A stretch of 59,261 nt of DNA, the filler included, from Dugesia japonica (Eukaryota): assembly GCA_001938525.1 (NCBI GenBank). It is 4 parts of 4 records of this genome, joined end to end, with 100 filler letters (N's around TTAATTAATTAA, not from the genome) between each part and the next. Parts side by side here need not be neighbours in the genome. Positions count along the whole stretch, not along the records: positions 17,309 to 34,317 come from MQRL01597828.1; positions 34,418 to 47,379 come from MQRL01638155.1; 2 more parts are not named here. The stretch is one strand, 5' to 3'. The notes beneath the pieces were generated by a model, which was given only the letters and a program-made list of their open reading frames with translations, searched no databases and was not told where the DNA came from. Of this stretch, positions 24,447-34,474 are shown in pieces; position 1 is the stretch's first letter, and each line of letters starts with the position of its first letter. Position numbers and translations under genes: made by a program.

Positions 24447-24612
24447 AGTAATGGGGAAATGAGGATTTTAACGCAAGGGGGTATACTCCTATAAAGCATA
24501 AGGTATAAACCCATAAATAATTAATTTTTATAAATTTGTTAAGCGATTGTTAATACTAGTGCATATTTTGGATAAACATCCCTTGCGTTAAAATCGTCAT
24601 TTCCCCATTACT
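24447..24612. mobile_element. 166-bp element with 33-bp inverted termini (AGTAATGGGGAAATGAsGATTTTAACGCAAGGG); MITE or left-terminal structure of Polinton A
   Basis: Near-perfect inverted repeats at 24447-24479 and 24580-24612, with 5'-AGT...ACT-3' ends. No clear TSD. Confidence 0.7.
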
Positions 24613-24681
24613 CGTTATATGTTTATTTAATTTTATTAATTGTATTATGAGTTTTTTCTCGATAAATTTTATCTTAGTAAA

Positions 24682-24894
24682 ATGGAAGAGTTAGTAGATG
24701 AAGTTAAACATAATCCTAAATTTATGGTAGAATTAAAAGATAATTATGTTCAAGTATTAAATTCCTCTGCTAAAGAACAAAAATTGATATTAAAAGATGT
24801 TTACCCTAAATTTATAATATTTGAAGAAGTTATAAATATGGTTGGAAATCCAATTTATGATTTAGCTATACTTTATGATTTAGCTATACTTTAA
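24682..24894 (+). CDS. Polinton A hypothetical protein (decayed; 18-bp tandem duplication YDLAIL-YDLAIL)
   Basis: ATG-initiated ORF at the start of the viral gene block. No recognisable motif. Confidence 0.4.
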   Translation: MEELVDEVKHNPKFMVELKDNYVQVLNSSAKEQKLILKDVYPKFIIFEEVINMVGNPIYDLAILYDLAIL

Positions 24895-25267
24895 AAGAAA
24901 AATTAGCAAAAACAGAAGAATACGATGAAGTTTAAATAGAAAAATTAACTTCTTAAAGAAAATTGAAAATAATAATCATAAAAACAAAGTAATAATAAAT
25001 GTAGTTAGAAAATCAAATAAAATTACAAAACAATCACTTCAATAAAATCACTTTAGAAAATGACAGTGGAATTAGATACAAAAGATATAATTGATTATGT
25101 AATAAATGTTAATAATTAAAATAAAAAATGAGGAAATCAAAAAGATATAATAATATACTTAGTATTTATTATTTGTATTTTTATTTGTATAATTCCATAT
25201 TTATATATTCCTTTTATAATTTCTTATATAATTCCTTATATGAAATCTTATATTATTACAACGAAAA

Positions 25268-25957
25268 ATGACTACAGAAAGTAAAAATGATTTGTGTGAA
25301 AAAGCTGTAGAGTATATTAATATGGGTAATACCTTTGATTCAAAAATGTTAAATAAATCTCAAAAGATTTGTATGGCAGTAAAATATCAAGAATTAAGTT
25401 TTAAAAATCCAAATTTAAAGGATTCAACTATAGCTAAAGAAATGGGGATATATGTTCAAACATTAAATAAAACTTCTAGAGAATTTAATTTAAAACCTGA
25501 GAGAAAAAGATATCATAGAGTTAAATATTCTTTTGATGATAAATCACAAAAATATATAAAAGATAATTTTGGTGATTATATTTTTAATGTTAAAACTAAG
25601 TCTTTTGAAATTAATGAAACTCCCACAAAAAAAAGTTCAACTGATAAAAGAAATAATTTAGCATTATCAAAAGGACATAGGGATCTATCAAAATATTTAC
25701 ATTCTTCTAATATAAATAAATCATTATCAACAAGTTCTATTAGTAAAAAATTAAAAAGAACATCTAATGAAGTTGGAGGAGTAATTGGTGATAATGATGT
25801 ACATAATGAAATTAATAAAGCATTTACTTTTAAAACAAAATCATATCCATTTGTTAACAAAATCATAGCCACTTGTTTACAAAATAATACCATAACATTA
25901 TTTTTTTATTCAATTTCATTATTATTCTTTACCAAACGAGTGAAGAAAATAATATAA
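25268..25957 (+). CDS. Polinton A helix-turn-helix DNA-binding protein
   Basis: NPNLKDSTIAKEMGIYVQTLNKTSRE fits an HTH pattern (IAxxxGhxxxTL). Confidence 0.6.
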   Translation: MTTESKNDLCEKAVEYINMGNTFDSKMLNKSQKICMAVKYQELSFKNPNLKDSTIAKEMGIYVQTLNKTSREFNLKPERKRYHRVKYSFDDKSQKYIKDNFGDYIFNVKTKSFEINETPTKKSSTDKRNNLALSKGHRDLSKYLHSSNINKSLSTSSISKKLKRTSNEVGGVIGDNDVHNEINKAFTFKTKSYPFVNKIIATCLQNNTITLFFYSISLLFFTKRVKKII

Positions 25958-26072
25958 AAATATAAATCTCTTAAATTAAAAATCTTTTTCTTTATTTTTG
26001 CTTGTATATTTTAAGATTATCCATCTTCAAACTAGGTAAAAAATTTATACAACTAAATTGTCTTTACTTAAA

Positions 26073-29000
26073 ATGACTAGTAATCAGTTGATTTGTCCTA
26101 ATAAACTTTGTAAAAAAGTTTTAGAAAAAATCAGGGTTAACAGGTCATATAAGATCAAGATGTTGTTATTTAAACAGAGCAATATTTACTTGTTCAAAAT
26201 GTTTAAATACTTTTAGATCTATGAGGGGATTAACAGAACATTTGAATTCTACTAATTGTGGAAATTCAGAGAAGGTTCCGTTGTTTTGTGAAATTTGTAA
26301 TAAAAAGTTTACAAGACAAAATCATGCTAAAGCACATTTTAATTCTAATTAACATAAAGAAATGGTTAATAAAATATTATTTGATCAACTTCCTGGAGAA
26401 GAAGCAATTGACTTTGATACAGAAATTAGAGATATTTTCAGAATTTACAAAGATTATGAAATTGAATATTTTAGAGAAAGTAAAGTTGAATTAACTAGAA
26501 ATTTAGAATATCCAGAGGGCCCCCATTTAGAAAGACCTATAAAAATGATAATTGAATTTCAATCTGAAATCTTAGAAATTATTATAAAGTATTTTAATTA
26601 TGGAAAAAAGATTATTGTTAGAATGAGTGTTAATTGTAATTATAACAAAGAAATAAATGGAGAAAATGTTGAAAGAGTTTTTAATTCATATTCTCAAAAT
26701 AAACAATTTACAATTTTAAGTGAAATTAATGAAGGTGTTAAGGATATTTTAAATCAACTTCAAAGATTTATTGAAGATGAAGATAGAAACGAATCAGGGT
26801 GGAATTTAAATTATATTGTTGATTATAAAATAGAACTTTCTAAATATCAATCTTTAGCTGGTTCTTCATATCAGAAATTACCTTTTTCTAAATCAGGAGT
26901 AATTAATATTNNNNNNNNNNNNNNNNNNNNNNNNNNNNNNNNNNNNNNNNNNNNNNNNNNNNNNNNNNNNNNNNNNNNNNNNNNNNNNNNNNNNNNNNNN
27001 NNNNNNNNNNNNNNNNNNNNNNNNNNNNNNNNNNNNNNNNNNNNNNNNNNNNNNNNNNNNNNNNNNNNNNNNNNNNNNNNNNNNAAAATTAAATGATTTT
27101 AAAATAAATGTATTTACTGTAACTAATGAAAAAATAATTGAACCTTTATATATTAATCATTATGAAACTAAACCCAAACAGGAAGAAAATAAATTTAATC
27201 TATTAGTGTATAAAAATCCTTTTATTCTATGTAGAGATTTACAANNNNNNNNNNNNNNNNNNNNNNNNNNNNNNNNNNNNNNNNNNNNNNNNNNNNNNNN
27301 NNNNNNNNNNNNNNNNNNNNNNNNNNNNNNNNNNNNNNNNNNNNNNNNNNNNNNNNNNNNNNNNNNNNNNNNNNNNNNNNNNNNNNNNNNNNNNNNNNNN
27401 NNNNNNNNNNNNNNNNNNNNNNNNNNNNNNNNNNNNNNNNNNNNNNNNNNNNNNNNNNNNNNNNNNNNNNNNNNNNNNNNNNNNNNNNNNNNNNNNNNNN
27501 NNNNNNNNNTAAGTAAATATCAGCATTTAATTGAAAATGAATACAAAGAATTTACAGGAGAAAGTATTCATCAAGATTTCTTTTAATTTTTAAATGAATT
27601 AAATGATAAATTAAAAGATATAAAAGAAAATAAATTAATAGAAACTTATACTGAAACTAATCCCAACGGGCCCCATCATCCTAAATTTGAGGAAACAACT
27701 AAATGTAGATATTGTGATAAAGAGATTAAAACAGGGGAACAAGTACTCGATTATGATCATTTTAACGGGGAATTTAGAGGTTATTCTCATAGTAAATGTA
27801 ATTTACAAGACAAATCGATTAAAGGTTTATTTATTCCTTTTTATTTTCACAATGCTTCAGGTTTTGACAATCATTTATTTTTCAAAGAATTAATTAGTAA
27901 ATATCCAGGAAAAGTTAGAAGAATAATTCCACATTCAGATGAAGTTTACATTTCTTTTGAATTTGGAGCTTCGCGACCTGGAAATCCTAAAGAACCAACA
28001 ATAAGACTTTTAGACTCAGCTAGAATGTGCACTCAAACTTCAATTGAGAAAATGGGAGAAACGTTAAATAAATCAGGAAAATATAATCATTTAAGAACAT
28101 TTAATCTAAAACCAAAGAAAATATCATTTCCTTATGAATATGTAAAAGGAGAACATATCAATCAAGTAATTGAATTATTAAAAAGAAACCATAAACCATG
28201 AAAAAAAGATTTTTTCAATATATTAAGACAAAAGAAAATAACTGATCGAGAATATAGTGAATTTGAATAGATTTTAGTAATTTTAATAATTTATGGGATT
28301 ACATGTTATATTATATGAAACTAGATGTAATTATTTTAGCAGATTACTTTAAAAACTTTAGAGAAACTTGTTTAAATAATTATCAAATAGATCCAAGTTA
28401 TTGTTAATCAGCTCCATGATTAACTTGGAACGCTGGTATGAAATTTACCCAAGTTAAATTAAAATATGCTCAGAAAGAAACATATTATAAATTTATTAAA
28501 ATTGAAAGAGGTGGTTATTCTGGTGTTTGTGGTGAGAGATAAATCTTTTCAAATAATCAAAAATCAAATCCTAGATTTGAAAGACCAAGACAATTAAACA
28601 AAGCACAAGTTGGAGATGTATTATTTTCATTTATTAAAAATAAAACTGTACCAATAAATTGGAAAGAAGAAACATTTTTAAAATATCTAGATGAGAATTC
28701 TTTGTATGCTAGTTGCATGACAAAGCCTTTACCAACAGGAGAAATCTATGATTGTAAAGACTTGGAATATATTAAATCAACTGATAAAATAAATTATGTT
28801 TATAAAGTTGATTTAGAATATCCTCAAGAAATTCATGAGAAAACTAAATACTTTCCTTTAGCTCCTGAACCTTTAAATATTACAAAAGAAATGTTAGCAC
28901 CTTATCAATTATGTTTTCTCCGCGGAGCTCAAGCCGAAGGCGCAAACAAGAAATTATCCAAGAAAAATATAAAATTAACACTGAATCAATTTGATAAACA

Positions 29001-29992
29001 AAATTATATTGTATTAGGATCAACATTAGATTTATATTTAAAACTAGGAATGAAAATTAAGAAAATACATACAAAATATAAAATGACTACAAAACCTTGG
29101 TTAAAAGATTACATTCAATTTAATATTGATAAAAGAAACGAAGTTAAAAGAAATAAAGATGTTTTTGGAGATGTTTTTTTTAAGTTATTAAATAATGCTT
29201 TATATGGGAAAACTTTAGAAAATATAAGAAATAGGTGTAATGTTGAAATTGTAGATAATCACAAAGATTATCAAAATTTTACAATTAAAATTAATTATAA
29301 ATCTATTAAAATATTTACAGGAGAATTTAATCCTTCCAAAGCTCCTTCTAGTCGCAAGGTTTCCGAAGCTAAAACAGCAGCAGTTCATCTTTAAAAAACT
29401 AAATTAAAATATGATAAATTGCCATATATTGGTTTTACTATTTTAGAATATGCTAAAGAAGTTATTTACGATTTTATTTATAATCAGATGGATAAAGAAA
29501 TTCCTAATAAATATAAAATTCATTACGCCAACACTGATAGTATCTTTGTTGAAATAAAAGGTCACGAAAATCTAAACAAAGTAGAAAGTCTATTAGGAAA
29601 TAGTTTATTTCAAATGAAAGATGAAAAACCAAATAATGAAATAGTTAAATGTAATTTTATAAAAGCTAAAAGTTATTATTCAAGACGATAAAACTCTGGA
29701 AACTAAACATAAAGGTGTTTCTAAAGTAAATAAAATAGGGATGGAAGATTATGATAAAGTCTTGGAAAACCCTAAAGAAATAATTTATGGAACTATTTAT
29801 GGTTTAAAATCAAGGAAACATGAAATTGAATTAACTGAACAAAATAAAATAGCTTTAACTGGTTATGATGATAAAAAATTAATCGAGGATAATGGAATAA
29901 GAACTTGGCCACATGGAAATAAATACAAATGTGAAAATTGTAATCAATGGCATTTAAGATTTGATAAATTATCTGGTAAAATAAATAGTTAA
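26073..29992 (+). pseudogene. Protein-primed family B DNA polymerase (group-2 type) with N-terminal Zn fingers and EndoVII/HNH insertion
   Basis: Three Zn-finger-like motifs, ESGW and GSSYQKLP, CRYC...DYDHFNGEFRGYSHSKCNL, ExoII FHNASGFDNHLF, ExoIII YMKLDV, PolA YLDENSLYASCM, PolB KLLNNALYGKT, PolC YANTDS (D to N), KHKGV, ALTGYDDKK. Stops and frameshifts present. Confidence 0.95.
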
Positions 29993-30054
29993 AGTGGCTC
30001 CTGCAGGAGCCAGTTACTAAAATCAATTTAAAGACGGCGTCCGCGGACGCCACT
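29993..30054. terminator. Two GC-rich perfect palindromes between convergent stop codons
   Basis: TGGCTCCTGCAGGAGCCA (29995-30012) lies right after the pPolB TAA. GGCGTCCGCGGACGCC (30036-30051) lies right after the minus-strand TAG at 30053-30055. Terminator role is inferred. Confidence 0.5.
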
Positions 30055-30712
30055 ATTTATTTAATTTATTTATAACCTTTTGTTGTTCATTAATTTGATT
30101 TTCAAGTTTCTTTAATAAATCATTTTCAATTTTATCTTCTTTTTTATTATTTGAAATTAAATCTTTAACTTCTTTTATCATATTCTTGCTTATTGATATT
30201 TCTTCATTAGTTAAAATGTCATCACTAAGAGCTTTTTGATGAAATTAAAATAACTTATTTTTAACAGTTTCTAATTCAGGAATTAAATTTTTATACTTTT
30301 TCTTTTATGATTTTATTAAAGATGAATTCAAAGTACCAATAACTGGAATACAAGNNNNNNNNNNNNNNNNNNNNNNNNNNNNNNNNNNNNNNNNNNNNNN
30401 NNNNNNNNNNNNNNNNNNNNNNNNNNNNNNNNNNNNNNNNNNNNNNNNNNNNNNNNNNNNNNNNNNNNNNNNNNNNNNNNNNNNNNNNNNNNNNNNNNNN
30501 NNNNNNNNNNNNNNNNNNNNNNNNNNNNNNNNNNNNNNNNNNNNNNNNNNNNNNNNNNNNNNNNNNNNNNNNNNNNNNNNNNNNNNNNNNNNNNNNNNNN
30601 NNNNNNNNNNNNNNNNNNNNNNNNNNNNNNNNNNNNNNNNNNNNNNNNNNNNNNNNTATTTTTCTAAATTAGGATATAAATTATCACCTTCACCTTCGTT
30701 CTCATCTACCAT
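30053..30712 (-). pseudogene. Polinton A helical protein resembling the adintovirus 'gasderminX'-type ORF
   Basis: N-terminal LYPNL and C-terminal KALSDDILTNEE. Middle hidden by Ns; frameshift present. Family assignment is from recall only. Confidence 0.45.
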
Positions 30713-30736
30713 TTTATTTTAATGATAATTTAGAGA

Positions 30737-32335
30737 TTATTTTGAAATTTTAATATTATTAATATAAATATTTGCTGGTAAAATTAAAGTAATTCTTTCC
30801 ATTGGTTTATGTTTTTCTAAAAATTGATTAATATTTATTCCAAGATTAAATTCATCTTTTTTAGTAAAATTAAATTCGTGTTCTTCTAATTTATTATTAA
30901 TTGTTATATAGATTTAAAAATAAGAAATATCACAATAACCATTAAATAAAAAATTTACTTGTTCTAATGGTTTTTCAAAATAAAAATAAAGTTCTAATGG
31001 TTCTTCAAGAAAATAATATTGATAAGGTTTTTCTTGGGAAACACTTTTTAATATTCCTTTTCTTTTTATTTTAAATGGAGTTAAACCAGAATGATAAGGT
31101 AATTCATTCTTTTTTATTAAAGTAGTTAATCTAAAAAGTATTTTTGGGTTTATTATTTTTATTTTATCAGAGTAAGGAAAATAATTATCAATTATATGTT
31201 TAATCTTGTTTTAAAACTCTTGTCTATAAAGTTTATTTTGTGGTGCGCTCTTTTTAATTTTCATAGTATAATCATTAATATCATTAATACGATCAATATG
31301 AAGATCATTTTTTATTTTATTAAATTCTTCTTCTAAAGAAATTAAATGATTATTTAATAATTCAATTCTCTGTGATAGTTTTTCTAATTCTAAATCACTT
31401 TTAATAAATTTCTCAGGTGAACAAGTACTTGATAAATTATTAATTTCTTGTTTAAGATTTTTTACTTCTCTAAGAATATCATTTAATTTAGTTTCAAGCC
31501 TTGTTTTGGCACTCCAAACATTATCTCTATAATTAATTACATTATTTTTTAATTCATTTATTTTAACAAGTAAATCAGCTTTATTTTTAATCCAAGTTTT
31601 ATTATTTTCTAAAATTTGTTGAATATAAATATATTGAGTATTTAACTGATTTGATAAAATAGAAACTTGTTTTTCTAAATTATTAATAATTCCATTAAAG
31701 TATTTTAAATTAATAGCATCAAGTTCATTTTTAGGTTTATTAATAATTTTTAAAGAAGCAATTGAATCACCACTTTCATTAACAAATCTTTTATCATTAG
31801 TTAATGATTCTAATTTTAATTTAGCAGAAACATNNNNNNNNNNNNNNNNNNNNNNNNNNNNNNNNNNNNNNNNNNNNNNNNNNTAAATTATTAATTTCTT
31901 GTTTAAGATTTTTTACTTCTCTAAGAATATCATTTAATTTAGTTTCAACCCTTGTTTGAGCACTCCAAACATTATCTCTATAATTAATTACAGTAGTTTT
32001 TAATTCATTTATTTTAGCAAATAAATCAGNTTTANTTTTAATCCAAGTTTTATTATTTTCTAAAAGTTGTTGAATATAAATATATTGAGTATTTAACTGA
32101 TTTGATAAAATAGAAACTTGTTTTTCTAAATTATCAATAATAGAATTAAAATATTTTAATAGCATTAAGTTCATTTTTAGGTTCATTAATAATTTTTAAA
32201 GAAGTAATTGAATCTCCACTTTCATTAACAAAATCTTTTATCATTAGTTAATGATTCTAATTTTAATTTAGCAGAAACATGTTTTAATACTTCTGTATTA
32301 TTTTGACTATTTAAAGTTTCTCCAAATTTATTCAT
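30737..32335 (-). pseudogene. Polinton A fibre-like protein (neck motif, coiled-coil stalk, C-terminal head)
   Basis: MNKFG start, RFVNESGDS...PKNELDAINLKYF (fibre/adhesin neck-like PxxxxDAxNxxY), long heptad region. A ~400-bp segment appears twice around an N gap. Confidence 0.55.
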
Positions 32336-32339
32336 TTAT

Positions 32340-32747
32340 TTAAAGTAATTCTTTAAAGGTAATATATAATTCATTAATAATTTCATCAAAAGATCGGGGC
32401 CCTTTGGGATATTTAAGTGAATTTAAAAAATATAAACATAATAAACCACAAATACTTGTATCAAAAGGTTGAACTTGAATTTTATTATAAATACTTACAT
32501 GTTTTTCTATTTCTTTAAATGGTTTTAAACCATAAGAATCAAAATAATAACCTTGGTAAAAAGCAACCCANTGAGTTCCTTTTTGATTTGTATTTTGATA
32601 ATTAATTATTAGTGGCTCCTGCAGGAGCCACTTTGAGATTTCATCCTTCATTAATATTTCCAGTTCTAAATTAAAAAAATCAGCTATAGAATACAAATCA
32701 AAATTAGTTTTAGTATTTATTCCAAAAGTTTTAAGAAAGTCTAGGAT
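32340..32747 (-). CDS. Adenain-like cysteine maturation protease (Polinton A)
   Basis: GT(H)WVAF, YYFDSYG and QVQPFDTSICGLLC supply the catalytic H/D/Q/C. The 5' end lies in an N gap. Confidence 0.9.
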   Translation of the reverse strand: MLDFLKTFGINTKTNFDLYSIADFFNLELEILMKDEISKWLLQEPLIINYQNTNQKGTXWVAFYQGYYFDSYGLKPFKEIEKHVSIYNKIQVQPFDTSICGLLCLYFLNSLKYPKGPRSFDEIINELYITFKELL

Positions 32748-32797
32748 NNNNNNNNNNNNNNNNNNNNNNNNNNNNNNNNNNNNNNNNNNNNNNNNNN

Positions 32798-33451
32798 TAT
32801 GAACTAATAAAGAAATAGTTTCATTATCAAAATCTATAGTATTATTATTTTCATCTATAATATTAAATAATCAATACATTTTGTATTTAATCTTGAGTAA
32901 ATTGGAGTAGAAGGTCTTTTTATAATTTTAAAACCAAAACTAACAGTATTTACTGGAAAAGAACATAATAAATTCATTGGTAAGGACTGACCGTTGGCAT
33001 TAATATAATTACCCTTGATTAAGTTACAAGTTATGTTAATCATATTTATATTTAAAATATCAACTTTATTTTCTGAATAATATTTTCCTTTTGAATAAGT
33101 TTTAAGTAAAAAACCTAAAATAGTATGANNNNNNNNNNNNNNNNNNNNNNNNNNNNNNNNNNNNNNNNNNNNNNNNNNNNNNNNNNNNNNNNNNNNNNNN
33201 NNNNNNNNNNNNNNNNNNNNNNNNNNNNNNNNNNNNNNNNNNNNNNNNNNNNNNNNATAAGCACCTGGTTCTATAGTTACTAATTTATCATTATAATAAA
33301 AAGTATTATTTTTATTAGTAATATTAAAAATAATATTATAACAACTAAAAGATAATAAAGCCATTTCATAGTTTGAGTCTAATTCTATTGGAAATTTTAA
33401 ATCAACTTTTAAATCAGATTCTTTACCAGCAACTAAAAATTGATGAGACAT
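32798..33451 (-). CDS. Minor capsid (penton-like) protein, Polinton A
   Basis: PIELDSNYEMALL...NITNKNNTFYY...IEPGAY, INITCNLIKGNY, and a frameshifted C-terminal DENNNTIDFDNETISL. Confidence 0.8.
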
Positions 33452-33456
33452 TTTAT

Positions 33457-34221
33457 CTATAAAAAATACTTGTTTTTATATACATTAAATTTTTCTCTGG
33501 TTATTAGTTTTTGCTTTAATAATTCTTTACAAACAGATTTAATTTCTTCTTCTAAATTATTATGTCCAGCTTTTACAGCTGAATTTAATAATGTTAATCT
33601 TTCAAATAAAGAAACTGGGTTTAATCCATTACCTATAATAGGAGTTTCTTTTATAGAAGTTTCTTTTTCAGAAGTTTCACTAATAGATGAAGTCTTTTTA
33701 CCAATTAAAAATTTATAATATTTATTATTGTGATGAAATGTAATATTAAATTTGTTTANNNNNNNNNNNNNNNNNNNNNNNNNNNNNNNNNNNNNNNNNN
33801 NNNNNNNNNNNNNNNNNNNNNNNNNNNNNNNNNNNNNNNNNNNNNNNNNNNNNNNNNNNNNNNNNNNNNNNNNNNNNNNNNNNNNNNNNNNNNNNNNNNN
33901 NNNNNNNNNNNGATAAATTATTTTTTGAAAGTTTTTAACATTAATAACTTCTGTTAAAAATATTGGTATAACTGCTGGTGTTTTTAAAAAATCAATATTA
34001 CAATTAGTATGTGAATAAAATGGAATTCTTTTCTCAAAAAGGTTAGAAGATTTATCCAAGTTTTCAATTGCTTTAATAGTAAGAAGTTGTTGAATAGTTA
34101 AATCAGCTTGTAAATTTCTTGATTCAATTACTTCTGTAGTAAATAAATTACCATAATNATCTCGTGCTTTAATTAATTCTTTTAATTGTTTTATTCTTTC
34201 TAATGTTTGTTCAGTATCCAT
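33457..34221 (-). CDS. Conserved Polinton ORF of unknown function
   Basis: C-terminal PVSLFERLTLLNSAVKAGHNNLEEEIKSVCKEL resembles the LxxRLxLLxxxxxAGN motif of group-2 Polintons (from recall). It is preceded by IIGNG. Confidence 0.6.
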   Translation of the reverse strand: MDTEQTLERIKQLKELIKARDXYGNLFTTEVIESRNLQADLTIQQLLTIKAIENLDKSSNLFEKRIPFYSHTNCNIDFLKTPAVIPIFLTEVINVKNFQKIIYXXXXXXXXXXXXXXXXXXXXXXXXXXXXXXXXXXXXXXXXXXXXXXXXXXXXNKFNITFHHNNKYYKFLIGKKTSSISETSEKETSIKETPIIGNGLNPVSLFERLTLLNSAVKAGHNNLEEEIKSVCKELLKQKLITREKFNVYKNKYFL

Positions 34222-34222
34222 T

Positions 34223-34317
34223 TTAAAAAGAAATTACATAGGTTTTTAAATATAATCCATTTCCTTTTATTTTAACTTTAATTCCATTTTTAAAGTTTTT
34301 AGTAATCATTATTAATT
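34223..34317 (-). CDS. 3' end of a Polinton core-like protein (IKGNGLYLK)
   Basis: GxGLYL motif. Truncated by the spacer. Confidence 0.4.
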
Positions 34318-34417
34318 NNNNNNNNNNNNNNNNNNNNNNNNNNNNNNNNNNNNNNNNNNNNTTAATTAATTAANNNNNNNNNNNNNNNNNNNNNNNNNNN
34401 NNNNNNNNNNNNNNNNN
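34318..34417. other. Artificial scaffold-joining spacer
   Basis: 44 N + TTAATTAATTAA + 44 N. Confidence 0.95.
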
Positions 34418-34474
34418 AGAATCAATAATCATAAGCCATTGAAAAATTACTTGTTAAACACATTTAAATTTTAC

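Larger units (their letters stand above)
24640..34317. mobile_element. Polinton/Maverick (adintovirus, group-2/beta-like) element A, decayed, right part cut by spacer
   Basis: Intronless, tightly packed genes. pPolB on + converges on a minus-strand block of adenain, penton, fibre-like and other Polinton-type ORFs. Confidence 0.9.

Noticed and set aside
25576-25893. Antisense ORF here, and similar ones at 42699, 43146, 33440, 29793 and 21259
   Set aside because: They lie opposite genes with recognisable motifs and have none of their own.
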